This document shows, piece after piece, positions 1-15,200 of a stretch of DNA of 64,000 nt. Positions within the stretch are counted from its first letter, which is position 1, and each line of letters begins with the position of its first letter. Origin of the DNA: Haliotis rufescens (taxonomy: Eukaryota); NCBI RefSeq assembly GCF_023055435.1, contig NW_025964001.1, positions 11,780,001 to 11,844,000 on the forward strand. The letters run 5' to 3'. The translations under genes were made by a program, and so were the position numbers. The notes beneath the pieces were generated by a model. The model saw only the letters and a program-made list of their open reading frames with translations. It did no database searches and had not been told where the DNA came from.

Positions 1-994
1 GGAATACGCTGATCACTGTGTCCGATTAACAAGACTGATTAACGAGTGTCAGATTATCAAGACTTGACTGTATATAAGTATGTGATATGCAATGCAATGC
101 AAAATATTCAACATGACATGCAACCAAGTCACCAAGCCTGACCTGACCTCCACTTAGTCACCTATGGCCAGCATTATTGATGGGTTCCTATTGTAACCTG
201 GAATCCCGCCAGGAACACGTTGACATTAAACATTTTTCTTACTTTGAGTGAGCCTGGCCAAACTGTGGTTGATGGAACAAAAACATTTGTAATTAATCCT
301 AAGTTTCTGTGTAGGTTCTAACACCAAGTCATCACTTGCTTGATAATGGTGTCAGAACCTCCACAGAAACGACACTCCTAATTGTAATAAAGAAGTTGTT
401 CATCCATATATCTTGTCCTTACTTATTACTCCAACTTCTAAATGCCTCTCAAAGACACGATGTAATTGATCATGGTGGCTTATTAGAAGTCAAGTTTAAG
501 CCTGGCAAACTGGGGTTGATAGCTTGATTTTTTTACTCTCCTAAATCAGCGTCAACATCGATGGAGATTTGTTTAACGACCTTTTTTGGCCTTGAGTTCC
601 CTGGTGCAGTCACCTACACCTTCTTGAGTGAAAGGACTTCAGTGTTCAGATTACTGATGACAGTGAGGAGATTTTGATCTGCTCCACACACGCACTAAAT
701 GTCCCTATGTCCCAATGATGAAACCTAAAACCAGACCTCTATCTAGATGGTCTATCACCTGTATCTATCTGTCTGTGCTTAACACACTGCTCTACCATCC
801 AGGATGTCACCCGAGTCCACGCCACGTACATAAAGTGGCCTTATCTGGTTATCTCAACAGCCACTACTGAGGTGTGAATGTGCCTGAAGCTTTAATGTCA
901 ATTGAATGACCTGAAGCTGGGTCTCAATGACCGTTTGGATATGAGCACAAGGCTGACATGAAGTTTCTGGCCATCAATATGATCAGTTGTACAT

Positions 995-1350
995 TACCGT
1001 ATTCGATGTAATAAGCGCCCCGCTCTAATAAGAGCCCACAGCATTATTTGGTAATATATTGGCTAGTGAACATTCCCAATTAGCACCCCTTCCAATTGAT
1101 CAATGTACACAAGACTTATTTATTCGTGTATAATACGCACTCATGTGTAATATGCACCCTCAATAATGGGCAATTAAATTCTGGAAAAATAATATACGTA
1201 TAATACGCACAGACTTGTCTTTTGTATCATTTCAGGCTGTCAGCATAAACCACGAAATTTACCATCTTTCCACTAAAATTTTATTCTAATAAGAACCCCA
1301 TATTTCTAATTTTGAGAGCGCCCTGGGCGCTTATTACGTGGAATGTGGTA
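995..1350. mobile_element. MITE with TA-flanked terminal inverted repeats (Tc1/mariner-like)
   Basis: taccgtattc..gtaataagcgccc ... gggcgcttattac..gaatgtggta. Confidence 0.7.
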
Positions 1351-4300
1351 TTTGCTGTATTAAGCACCCTGTTCCGCCCATTTGTGCTTAGACCGAACCC
1401 AGTCGTTAAATGGCTACGAGACAGTCATTAGTCGCTCTTCGGCTTGTCCCGGAATAACATGAGTTGGTCATGACTGCCACCCCCCTCCACCCCCTTGTCA
1501 ATATTACAATATTTATAGAAAACACAGTGTACAAGGGGTATACAACTGCCTTCTAACTATTTAGTGCAAATTTTACTTTCATCTACGTTTACCGCAGCCC
1601 TGGCAAAAAATTTTGATACACGTATAAAAACTATCTCATCATGTATACACTGCAGTTGACAGACGCTTTATCCTTACTCGAACATATAAAAGTCAGAACA
1701 CATGCCTGCATAGTGAGAAAGAAATGTGAACATTAACTATACTTGTAGTGTAACCATTGAGTTTTATTGTTAATGTCATTAAACAGTATGTCACGTGACT
1801 AACCACGGGTCCAGTTAGACATGTAGGTACCTGGGTCCTACTCAGGACCCACCCGACCTGAGTACCCGAGTTACCCGTCCCAGCCCTATAGCCTATGAAT
1901 CGAATACATGTACATAAGATATGGTTGAATGGATCTCAGCTTTGATCTCACACTCTATTCAGAACATCTTATGAACAACACTTAATAGAATGTATCTTTG
2001 AATTTTAATGTCCAAAAACTGAACTTCCAAACACCTGCACAGCCCTTAAAGAGAATCACTAGTTGGAATGTGTTAGGCCATGTTTGTGAGGATGTGGGAC
2101 TAAGACAGAACTAGAAGTACATTTCTTCATCTTATTCCTTGATTAAGATGATTAATTAATGCAAATGTTAGTGATGCGTTGGTCAACCCCGTGTCGTCAG
2201 TTCACGTTCTGGTGTCTGGTGTTATTTTGGTTACATTTAATTGCTTACATCGCTAGTAGTATTAACACTTTTTTTATATTGTGTTTTGTCTGCTGAGGTT
2301 CAAGTCCGCTAAGTTTGTCTGCTAGGATTCTACAAAATCACATTTCCCATTTTGCAGTTCCTGTGATGCTCTTGAGGTAACCATGGTAACTGCCCCGCTG
2401 ATTGTCTAAAGTCTCTTGCACTGTAACATTGTTTCGTCTCACATTCCATCCTGTTTTGTTTATTGCTGTTGTTTTGGGGTTGCTTTTTGTTTTGTTTTCA
2501 AGCCTTTATAGCAGGTCTCAAACTTGGTGCTTTTCTGAAGGGCTGCAATGCTTTACAGGGAGTCAATATGAAAGTTATAGAGCCTATGGAAAATTGAAAG
2601 AGCCAAATTTCAGATTATATTGACAATACTGTCAAAGGATATCTAATATTTAACATGCTTAAAACCCACAAAAATCATAACATAAGCCTATGTCAGATTT
2701 CTTAGAATGTAATTTAAATTGAATCGATCAGTTCTCAATACTTCAATTTAACTACAAACTGGAACTGAATAAAACTGACCGAAAATGTAAACATATAATT
2801 TTTTCATCTCGTTCAAGCAGATGACAAGCTACAACTTTGGTGACCAGTGAAGTAAGGTTTCCTCTGGACTAGAAATAAAAAAATAGATGTAGTGAAGCCC
2901 ATTTCTGGTGTCCCCCACCGTGATATTGCTGGAATATTGCTAAAAGCGGCGTAACACCATACTCACTCACTCACTCACTCACTCCAGATGTATAAGGTGA
3001 ATCAAACACATGGTTCCAACAAGATGGCACCAGCTACATCCTATTATGACTATCAACCCATATGGTGCTGCCTCACACCACACTTCCTGATGTGAGAGAT
3101 AACGCTTCTGGCCCCTCCGTATGTTACAGATCATACAGTGGGTGTATGCCGCGTGTGGGTGAAGCAGAAGTCCATTCTGATTTGCAACACGTGTAACCCA
3201 AAAATCAGGCCATCATAAATTACCTCAAACTTTTCATACCTCCTGTCCTAAATTAATAAAATCTGGATTGTTGAAAAAAACAAAAACTTATTATATTTAT
3301 TCTTTGGGATTATGCATTTAATCATGTACTGGCTGGTTTGAAAACATCTTGACGTTAATTCCAGAAATATGCTTCCATACATCTTTTGTTTGTTGTTGAT
3401 TTACTGCGAAATGATGTGTCGCTCGCAGTTTCCGCATTACTTTCCTGCTCACAAAACTTTTCAGGTTTTCAATATTTGTTTCACTCAATGAAAGACAGCC
3501 ATGTACCACTGACAACCTACCAATAGTTGAATGTTGGTCCCGTGTCGGTGTACGAGAGTGGTCAACTGTACCTGAACTTTTAACACCTCAGAAATAATCC
3601 AATACTGGATTCTGCTCACTTTTGTGTACTTAAACAACAATCAACAACATTTTTTAACCCAAATTTCTGTTACACTCTACTACTAGCATGACTAGGGAGC
3701 TGTTTCATTGAATCAGCAAACTACACTTTCCTTACAAATATTTAAACCATACACACATAATCCCTAATCCTCATGATCATCATAGTGAACTGTGTATCAG
3801 GGCTGACATTATTCCAATATGGTGTCTACCCCAAGCTATTAACAACAAAACAATCACCAATTAGCATTGTATTGATTTTATCACTTCAAATATCAGACAA
3901 AGGATAGTTCCGTTTGACTCTTGTAGCACAACTGTTGAATATCTGCACTTAATTTGATCAAAACCAATCCAGATGATAAGACTAGCATTACAAAATAATC
4001 ATTAGAAATAAAGGGATTTTTATAGAAGGGAAAAAAGTATTGTGAAATAAAAAAATTCATAGACTATATGATGTCTCAATTCCGGTTGACTACTGAAACC
4101 GAACAATCACAAGTAGCATTATATTTCCTACATCATGGTCACCAGTCCAATAACAAGAGAAAAAATGTTTCTTTCGTAACAACAGAGAATTCCAAGTGGG
4201 CGTCATGTTTCATCATTGCTCTATGCTGGAGCCAGCTAATGGTGTTAGGCAGCAAGCTGTTCCAGCTTGGTGTCCAGGTGATTCACTGCTGTCTTTTATT

Positions 4301-5449
4301 GATTTCTCTCATTTGGAACACTGGCTCCACACTACCTGAAATGGTCTGGTTTCCGGCTACGGATGTCTCTCTCAAAGTGATTGGTGGTTCTCTTAATTGA
4401 CACAAATATATCATACTATAATTGCTGTAACACAACAATCCATACTTTAGCACTTGCTTCTTGTGATGAAATGATCAATCTACAGATAATGTTCATACTC
4501 CAATACTGTTCAATTTTCCCCAAATCATAAATAGTTCTAATTATAAATTCATAATGATTAAGCAAGGTGAACTTGTTGACAGAGATCCCAGTCTACAAAT
4601 AATATACAGAGCTGCTTGACAGAGAAACCAATGTTTTAATTAATTGATTTTAACATGTTACTATTCGGACACACTTACAAGCATATCTAGGGAGCAACAA
4701 GAAAAATAATAAACTATTCTTATATCATGTAAATCAAGAAATTATTTTTATGAAAAATGTCCTTCATATGTGAAACATAATTCCCATTTCAAGAATTAGA
4801 TGGCTATCAAACATATTTGCAAGAGAAGAACTCCTAATAACAGGGCTTGATTAAAGGAACTTCATTTAACTTGTACCAGGTGCTTGCTGACATGAAAACC
4901 TAGTTGCACCAGTAAAAATTGGGTTGTACCAGGTTTGTACCCTGATCTCATAACCCTATCAAAGATGAAATGTAGATGCATAAACAAGACAAGCTCAGAT
5001 CTCTGATGACTCTGTCATGATTTTTAAGATAGTCTGTACTTTCTGTTACAGTTCTTATGTGGCAATGTCATCAATGGTGAGGTGAGGTGAGGTGAGGTGA
5101 GGTGAGGTGAGGTGAGGTGAAATTGGGTTTAACGTCGCGTCCAAAATTATTGCATATATATAGCGACATGCATGCACGTGTATGTGTGTGTGGCTGCTTG
5201 TACTAGTCTGGACTAACGCCAATTTATAGTACTATCTCACTGAGATACCATGCCGCAGTTTAACATGAATACCCCACTCAGACACAGCATACTGACTCCA
5301 AGCCAACCAGTCCTTGTTTTAGCCCCTTAATGCCGAGCGCCAAACAGGGTAACAACAAGTACCATCTTTTTACGTCTTTTAGTATGACGCGGTCAGGGAT
5401 CAAACCCTGTACCTTCCTCTCTCCAGGCGGACGCTCTACCACTAGACCA

Positions 5450-5594
5450 NNNNNNNNNNNNNNNNNNNNNNNNNNNNNNNNNNNNNNNNNNNNNNNNNNN
5501 NNNNNNNNNNNNNNNNNNNNNNNNNNNNNNNNNNNNNNNNNNNNNNNNNNNNNNNNNNNNNNNNNNNNNNNNNNNNNNNNNNNNNNNNNNNNNN
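5450..5594. other. Assembly gap (N run)
   Basis: Run of N adjoining a SINE. Confidence 0.99.
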
Positions 5595-5880
5595 GGTACC
5601 AAAGGCCTTCTGAAAGGAGGATATAACACCATATCAGAAAGGTCTTACCATTGGTACCAATAACCTTGTGGAATGCTAAAATAATGAACTATTTAACTAT
5701 GTCAAGTACACAACATTGTCTGTCACTCCCCATGAATACCATTTGGCCTTCTTGAAGAACATGATGATCAAACTGTACATTGGAACCATTGGTACCAATG
5801 GCCTGGATGAAGAATATGATGACTAATCTAAATACTTGTACCGTCAGTACCAGACTACCAGTGACCTTGAATCAGGATGA

Positions 5881-6158
5881 TTTGTTTGTTTGATTTGTTT
5901 GTTTGTTTGTTTTTTGTTTAACGCCACACCCAGCAATATTCCAGCCATATGACAGTAAATGATTCGAGTCTGGGTCAGACAATCCAGTGATTTACATCAT
6001 GAGCATCGATCCACGCAATTGGGGATCGATGGCATGCATCAACCAGGTCAGCGAGCCTGACCACCCGATTCCGTGAGTTGCCTCTTACGACAAGCATAGT
6101 CGTCTTTTACAGCAAGCATGGGTTACTGAAGACCTATTCTACCCCGGATCTTCACGGA
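5881..6158 (-). mobile_element. SINE-like family B, (CAAA)n tail
   Basis: Body gacccgtgaagatccggggtagaataggtcttcagcaacccatgc...; TSD ttgaatcaggatga. Other copies are at ~10456-10700, 20610-20820 and 36075-36336 (minus strand). Confidence 0.85.
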
Positions 6159-6216
6159 TTGAATCAGGATGAAACACCCTATGAACGTATATGAAACACA
6201 CAACACTGTCACTCAC

Positions 6217-9200
6217 CATAGGTGCCAATGGCTTTGTGGAAGGAGAAGATGACATCAGATTTGCCCCTTTGTTTCAGCTCAATCTGTTGCCGGTCAGACC
6301 GACTCTGGACGATGGGTACCTCGTGCAGCAAGATAAGCCTGGCAGGATGCAACAATGTGGACATTACCCGTGCAGTCAAGCATGATAGCCTTGAGTCATA
6401 TAGTACATGTATTCACATCAAGGAACATGTCACATTCAAGACAGCAGTGTTGATTTTGTGTACACCTACACATGACCTCAGACATCAAGGTCATAAATGT
6501 CCAGGTTTTTTTTCAAATAACAAGTAATTTACAGAATATGTCATGGGTTTGTCCATTCTGGTATAGAATCATTGGCACAGTGAATTGTGAACATTCATAC
6601 AATTTACTACAACTGGGCAACTTTGGTACATTCTACAATGCTTGTCCACAAGCCACACAGAAGCCACAGCTATGGTGAGTGGCACTGATTATCCAAACAA
6701 TCTGTGCCCAGTTTGGCCATCAAGCTACTTACTGGAGTATGTTGGACATGATGGAGTTGACATCAAACATGGTCTCCAGCTCCAGTGTGAGCAGACTGTT
6801 GCCATCTCTGAAATATCACAACATGGAACATCAACACACATCATTCAAGTTTGGGACAATGCTCATCTGGCTCTCATTCCACAAGGTAATTGTAGCCTCA
6901 CAGTTGAATCACGCTTATCTGGACCTGTTAGTGAGTGTTCTGGAGTGAGTGAGTGAGTGAGTGTTTGGTTTTACGCCGCTTTTAGCAATATTCCAGCTAT
7001 ATCACGCCGGGGGACACCAGAAATGGGCTTCACACGTTGTACCCATGTCAGGAATTGAACCCAGGTCATGGGCATGACGAGCGAACGCTTTAACCACTAG
7101 GCTACCTGACCGCCCCGGATCATACAATGATTTCTGCAGGCTTCTTCGGAACTAGTCAGCCCCACCCCAACCGCCCCACATGTCAAATGAAATAAATACT
7201 ACACAAAAGGCTTTTTTTTTATCTGGAAAGTGAATTTCAGTTGCCAACAGTGCAAAATACACACCTTTGTAGAATTTGATAGGAGAGCTAACTCTGGTCA
7301 AGTTAACACAGGATTCAGATATCAGGAAACTTGTTTATCCGGACAATATTTGAGAAAACGCAAGTGATTGGATAAGCAGGGTCCTACTGTATGACCTAGT
7401 GAGCAGGGTTCAAAATTAAGCATGAAAGTCAGGGGATCCTTGTCATTACCCTAATGTTAAAGGATTTAGGGGTCTAGATTCAAATACCATAGGACAAGAC
7501 CTCAAGGGCCCCAAAACCACACCTCGTTTCAAACACTGGTAGGTTTTGGTTAACGAATCATAGTCATAACAAGTGGAGAGCTAAGATCACTTTGTAGAAT
7601 ACATTATTAATCAACTGTCCTAAATACACCAGTACCATACAGTGGAGCTAGAGGGTTTGAGTTTGAGCACAGGTTTTAGTGAGTAGGGGCAAATGTTGCT
7701 TTGAACAGTATTTCAGTCGTATCATGGCGTGTCATGATCGACACAGTTTATCGAGTTGGAAGAAAACAAACGAGCAAATCTGGGAATCATTGGTTTCTGT
7801 CATGCCAAAGGGCTGAGGCTCTGTACAACGACTTGCAGCGCCTTAGGCAGCTCGGCCATCCATGCTACCAATATGCTATGCCAATATGGTGTGTTCAGCA
7901 CTGTCCCAGACTACAGCCTGCCAAAGGCCAATATGATGAACGGACGGCCGGCCGGCCGGCCGGAAAGCCGGACAGTTTATTTATGTCTCATAAATGGGCA
8001 TACAAACAATATGAAAGAATACAGACAAAAGCAAAACATGCTCAAGCCACTCCTACAGGAGGGACAATCAGATATGGATACACATAAAATAAGACACAGA
8101 TAATATATCAAAATTGTATTCGCACATAACCAACATAGAAAATAGACTAAGATTGTAAGAAGATGAAACACGAAGTGTATAATAAATGAAGTGCCAACAC
8201 ACAGAATTCTCTGTTGACAATTGAGTTTACTGTGGACTTCACGACATCCCTAGACAGCTGCTCCATAATCTAACACGGACCACACCATCCAGTCATAAAG
8301 TTTTGTGTATGTCCTGTATTTCATTCTTCCCAGTGACTTGAACTTGGATATCAGAAGGCCTAGTGCTCGTCCAGCAGACTTGGTAGCTGCTTTAGCCATG
8401 AAGCTATAGTCTAGATGTTCTGTAAGGAGGCCGGGGTACGTCACCTCCAAGTCAATACCATAAAGCTCAAAGTGGAAATCTGTTTGCTGTATTGAAGGGT
8501 TTCTAAAGAATACGACTTTAGATTTTTCAGGGTTGATGCTTACCATACCAGCTATTTAAAACATCAAGCATGAGACTTGTCTCTGCAAGTAGTGCTATAT
8601 CATCTGTATACGCAAGGATACATACAATGTCATAATCAAGTTTTACACCAACACCAAATTCTTTCAGTGGAATGGTGAGGTCATTCATAAACATGTTGAA
8701 GAGTAAAGGGGAAAGAAGACATCCTTCATATTTCTCTTATTTCACTGGGACCCAGTCATTAAGTTTATGAGTAAACATGGTAAACTTGTGTTCAATGTCA
8801 ATAATAAGCTGATCGAATTATTTCTGTAGCTGAACGGTTGCCAAAAGAATGAGCTTCGTGTACGAATTTTCACACTTTGCTTAAAGATCTTCTTTGATAG
8901 GCATTTAGAAGTTGGAGTACTAAGTAAGGATAAGAATTTATGGAGGAACAACGTCTTTATTACAATTAAGAGCGACTGAAGCACTTCACTTCACTTGCTT
9001 GATAACGGTGTTAGAACCTACACCAAAACGTCACTCTTAATTGTAATAAAGAAGTTTACCATCCATAAATTCTTATCCTTACTTTGCTTGAAGAGTTTCA
9101 AAGTCAATTACTTGTTCACTTCTTACCTTTTTAACAGAATTGTCTGAAATATTGCCCTGATCAGTTAATGATCCCTTCCTAGAATGGGAATGCAGTGATG

Positions 9201-12200
9201 TTGACGGTGAACCAGATTTTCCACACACATTGTGTATGTCCGCCATTGTCTCGATCTCACTCATTTTCAATCAACTGTGACAGGTGTATTATCAGATGTC
9301 CCCAAAACCACAGACTTCTGTCCAGTTGAATGTCGGCACTTCTGCAGTCTTGTTAGTTTTTTGGCCAATATGACAGATTGACACCCATATAATCTAGGTA
9401 CATTTCCTAAGGTCACACATGCTTATAACAAAACACACATGGCAGTATTAGCTTTTGAAGTGCAACATATTAGTACTTTAAAAATAGCAATTACTGCCAA
9501 GTGTGTAGTACCAGTAAAAGAATACATTGACATTCATCAGTGCTGACCTGTAGCTGTAGACGTTGTACTCGACTCTGGCTGTCTTACACTCCTCCACCGT
9601 GCTGGCAGCATCGCCGCTACAGTCCAGCTACAAATACAAGCAATTCCTAAATCCCCAGGTACTCACAACCATTGATGCTATGGAAAGGTAAAAATTGTGA
9701 ACTGTAAAACAATCACACCTCTATGTTCTATATATGTACGGGGCGGTCGGGTAACCTTGTGGTTAAAGCGTTCGTTCGTCACGCCGAAGACCCGGCTCAG
9801 AATCCCGACATGGGTACAATGTGTGAAGCCCATTTCTGGTGTCCCCCGTCGTGATATTGCTGGAATATTGCTAAAAGCGGCGTAAAAACCAAACTCACTC
9901 ACTCACTCACTCACTCACTCACTCACTATATATGTACATTTACAATGTACAATGTGTGAAGCCCATTTCTGGTGTCCCCCACCGTGATATTGCTGGAATA
10001 TTGCTAAAAGCGGCGTAAAAACCAAACTCACTCACTCACTCACTATATATGTACATTCACCATCAGTGCTGGAAATAACCTGAGACCTTGTGTTACGATA
10101 TGTACCAAGAAACTGACTGACGATACTACTGGTATCACAATACACCACAAGAAATAGTAAGAAATTATGAAATCACTGAAACTATAAAACCTTTGGCTTC
10201 ATACATTTCACAACCTTTTTCTCTATTTGAGGACTTTTCTAACCTGAACTTTGCCAAAATTGAAGATTATTACCACCACATCTGCCTGTTCCACCATGCT
10301 TATAGGTGGCACTGTGCTACTTCCGCCATTATGGGAGGTAATTCTATCAGTTCTGGTTTTATTTTAGCATACCACGATCTCGCAAACAATTCCAGTATCA
10401 TCTGTACCTAAGTATCAATGACATCCTAGGGATCGGTGAATTGTTACATCTCCAGTGTTTGTTTGTTTGTTGTTTAATGTTGACTCAGCATATTCCAGCA
10501 AAATGATGGCGGTCTGGACCAGACAATCCAGCAATTGATATCATGAGCATTGATCAACGCAACTGGGATACGATGACAGGCATCAACCAATTCAGCGAGC
10601 CTGACCACCTGATCCCGCTAGTCCCCTCTTACGACAAGCATAGAAGCCTTTTACGGCAAGCATGGGTTGCTGAAGACCTATTCTACCCTGGATCTTAACG
10701 TATCTTCAAATGTCCAATATAATTTGTTTTGAACCAACCGTTATCTGTAAATGCTGCTTTTGTAGCTGAAGGATTATTGATATATCCCTGGAACACATGA
10801 TGTCCATGAACGAAAATGTGCCCGGGTCGGATCCAACATCCTTGAACATCCCCGATCTTCACGGGTATACAGCTCTAATGACCAAGATTACAATACAACA
10901 TACTTATCATTCAAGTAGTGAGTGTTCACCATGTTACTTACAATGCCAGTCTTGGTGCCATAGATGTCCAGGTACTCGGCTGACTTGTCCAGCTCCTTGA
11001 AGAAGGCGCGTAACCGTGGCAGTTCTGAAACACACAGACAGGCACTGACAACTAGCACACAACCATGCTCTATGGTCTGCATGAAAGGTGAGGTGAGGTG
11101 AAATGGGGTTTAACGTCGCGCCCAAAATTATTGCACTTATATAGCGACGTGCATGTACGTGTGTGTGTTTGTGTGGCTGCTTGTACTAGTCCGATTTATA
11201 GTGCTAGCTCACTGAGATACCATGCCGCAATTAACATGAATACCCCACTCAGACACAGTATACTGACTCCGAGCCGACCAGTCCTTGTTTTAGCCCCTTA
11301 ATGCCGAGCGCCAGACAGGGTAACAACAAGTACCATCTTTTAACGTCTTTTGGTATGACGCGGCCGGGGATCGAACCCCGGACCTTCCGCTCTCCGGGCG
11401 GACGCTCTACCACAAGACCACGGAGGCGGTCCTGCATGAAAGGATAACTCCTGCAGCTTTAGTGAATAAGTGTGTGAATTTGGTTTAATGCCACTTTGAA
11501 CTGTGTTTCAGTTATATCACGGCATGTCAACTTGATGTGGGAGGAAATGCAGGTCTTACTCTTAGACATTGTAAACTTACAAACCCACGAGCATGGGCAT
11601 GGTGACAAACTTTTAAATACAACTGTGGATTCAAATCCTGATCCTTCTGCAGATTTATCAAGTTTAGATTCTATATATTAACACTGAAGGCTAATTAGCC
11701 ACTTGCAGAAACATTTACCTGCCCTGTTCATAAGTTACATCTGCTGCACTTATGGCCATATATCATGTATATAGACATTCATTATTTCAGTGAATTCTTT
11801 TTTTATCACTGATATGAAGTATTGCATCCTGGATTCATTCAGCAGAAAAAAAACACATTTTATGTTGAATGATTATTGAATATAATTCCCTTCTTACAAC
11901 AGGATTATTCAGAAACTATAACATCACTACATTGTACCTTTGTATGTCATATTTCATAAAACAATCACCCTATTCCCACTTCTGCAGATCAGGATTCTTT
12001 ATAGGATTCTAACAATAATGTCAACGAAAGTGGCTCATGCACGCGCGCTCGCATGCGCATGCACATTAAATTGACATGACATATGTACTAAGGCTGGGAC
12101 GAGTCTAAATTTACTACCCGGGTACCCGACCTCCTATTACTCGACCCTACCCGGGTACCCACTCTAGGTCTCATGTTACAAAAGGTACAAAATGTTCAAA

Positions 12201-15200
12201 TGGGAAGTTATTTTACTGGAGTATAAAATGATCTGATCATGCATATACTAGAGTTGACTGAAGCTTTGTCTTTACTCAAACATATAAAAATCAGAAGGAA
12301 TGTGTGCACAGTCGGAAAGAAATGTGAACATTAGCGACTTGTACTTAAAAAGTGTAACCAAGAAATTCTATTGTTAACGTCATAAAAAGATATATCACAT
12401 GACTAACCACGGGTCCGGTTAGTCCTGTGTGTACCTGGGTACAACTCAGTGCCCACCAGACTCGAGTACCCGAGTCCCAGGCCTAGCATGTACCCCCTTC
12501 CCTGAAGTCACTGACCAGGAGGTGACCCTGCTCCTCCTCACTGACAATGATTTATGACCCATCATCTCTTCAGGTAAAAGGTAACATGATCTCTCAGTAT
12601 TCACATCAGAAGATCTAAAGATTCACCACACAATATACTGAATGAGTGAGTATTATCACCGAAGATAAAAGTCACCTTAACAGTGTCTGCATGTCTGTTT
12701 TAAATTGAAATTGAAACAGGGGATGCATATTAGCCAGGGACATAGGAACGGGGACACATATTGCCCATACCAAAAGATGTTAAAAAGTTGGTACCTTTTG
12801 CTAAACCCATTTCACCTCACCTCATCTATTTTTTGCACCAGGGCTGGGACGGGTAACTTGGGTACTCGGGTTGGGTGGGTACTCAGTAGGACCTGGGCAC
12901 CCACAGGACTACCCGGACATGTGATTAGTCATGTGACAAATTGTGTAATGACAAAAATTCACCGCAACTCCATGGTAACACTACAAGTACTAACGTTCAC
13001 ATTTCTTTCTGAACATGCATGCTTGGATAAAGATAAAAACTTCAGTGTATGCATGACCAGATCGTTTTATACGTGTATCAAAATACTTTTTGCCAGTAAT
13101 AATTCCCAATTGGACATTTTGTTCCCAACATTTGAGAGCTACAGCGGCTACCCAGGTAGGGTCATATAATAGAGGTTCGGTTCCCTGGGTTAGTCATCTC
13201 AGCCCTATTCTCCACTAAGTATTTCTTCATGTCAAACAAGGAATACACAATTCAGAAACTGAGCATAAGGCTTCACCAAAAATATATGTAGATTATTTGT
13301 TGATGGTTCAGTGGTCACTCTGCATGTTCTGTGAGGCTGGGCCCCCTATATTCATCATATCTATGACCTGACGCCCTAGTAACCCCAGGACTCACCCAGG
13401 TCAATTCCAAATATGAACATGCCAAATGGAGCAGAATGGAGCCCAAAATGACCACATATCGCTTTTACACCCCGTTCACATCCACAACATTTTCTAACGT
13501 AAGTAATTTTGCACATGTGTAACTTTACATACGTGTGTATATGTAAATTTACTATGCGTTCACAGGAAAATTAACTTAGGTGTGTAAATAAAGTATGTAA
13601 ATTGTGTAAGGCACACATATTCGTCAGTCTGTTCACGACTTTCAACAAAAAAACAGGTTGTTTTCCAATCAAAGTTGAATGAGTAGAGAGTTACTTCACC
13701 GAAACTTTTCGTGTGAAGCAACATGTGTTTGATTTAATTTGTACACAAAGTTTTGACTCCTTGAACATGTTGAAAGCAAAAGAAGACGCTGTCCGCTCAA
13801 CTCTGTATATACACATAAAAGTTGGCAACTGTTGACAATTTGTTTGGTGTTGGCAAAAGAACATATATTAATTAGATCATCCTCTAAACAAAACATAAAC
13901 GTTCACATTGCAACATATACACACAGTGCAATATTTACATTTACATTTGCACCTGCTACTGACATGATGCAAATTTGCTCCTGGTGTAAATATACATACA
14001 TGAGTAAACGCGTTTAAATGACAAGTTTACTCACTTATGTATTTCTACACACGTATGCACATATAAACACATATGTATTGAGGTGCATGTGAACGGGTAT
14101 TACAAAGAGTGTAGCATATGTACAAAAATGTTCAACTTGGTAAAAATTTGTTGAATGAGTTGAACATGTTTAACACATAAACAAAAAACAAAAAAAACCT
14201 TTGACACCTAATTATAACAAAAAATAATTCAGCAGAAGCTTGCATTTATAAGGAAATTGCTAAACCACATCAATCACGTAAATTATATTACATTTACTAC
14301 TGGGATATAAATGTATATATATATATAACATTCACAAACAGCCAGTAGCTTATTTGAGCCATGTGAACATGGTGAACAAAAACCAATAATTTTATCATGT
14401 TTATCACACCATGACTTCAACCCTTCTCTTCTAATATGTTCATTCTGGTGTCCCCCGCCGTGATATTGCTGGTATATTGCTAAAAGCAGTGTAAAACCAT
14501 ACTCACTCACTCACTCTAATATGTCCAGCTTATCATGAACACTAAGACTTTTCTAGGATTCAAAATAAGTGCCCTTCCCAGGTAAATTTGGATTTTTTTT
14601 TTATTTTGTCAAAAATTGAGATTTTTAGTTACTATTTTCAGAAGTATTTGGAGATTGCAGTGAATAACACTGCATTCAATGCAGTGATGTACCATGAAGC
14701 CTATTCCATTTTCTCGTTCTAGTATCTGAGGAATAAAAGTCACCTCGACCAAGCCATCACATTAGTTATAACTATATTACATGAAAGAGGAATTTGTTTT
14801 ATTCTCATTTGGTGATTTTGACTGACATTTGCTGCAGACTTATCTAGAGCAGGTGCAGACATACCCCGGAACATGACACAAATGTCTAGGGTATAATCAG
14901 ATCATGTTACCTAAACAATCACTGATTAAGGTATGCCCTACTAGGTTTCAGGGTTCTGGGAAAAAGAGCTCTTCCACTTTGAAATCTCATACACATCAAA
15001 TTGTACTTCCATGTAAGAATACTTATGCTCCAAGGCAATTAAATCATTTCGATAAATATGACCTAGCTCGGAACCATAACCTAGGTTTCAGTATGTCAAA
15101 GCCTGATACCACCAGCCAAACAAATACAGGTATTTGTTCTTTGGCTAAAGATTAACTGAGGAAACCTTAACCAGGTGAAAAGTCCAGTGATCTTAGCAAT

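Noticed and set aside
540-960. Possible further TXNDC16 exon or LINE remnant
   Set aside because: I could not find a spliceable frame matching the expected next exon or any clear retroelement motif.
9740-9815. Possible tRNA genes (also at other SINE heads and ~36435-36525)
   Set aside because: These are tRNA-like heads fused to SINE bodies with tails and TSDs, without a proper acceptor stem.
12705-13169. 154-aa plus-strand ORF
   Set aside because: It runs through a MITE copy and has no transposase motifs.
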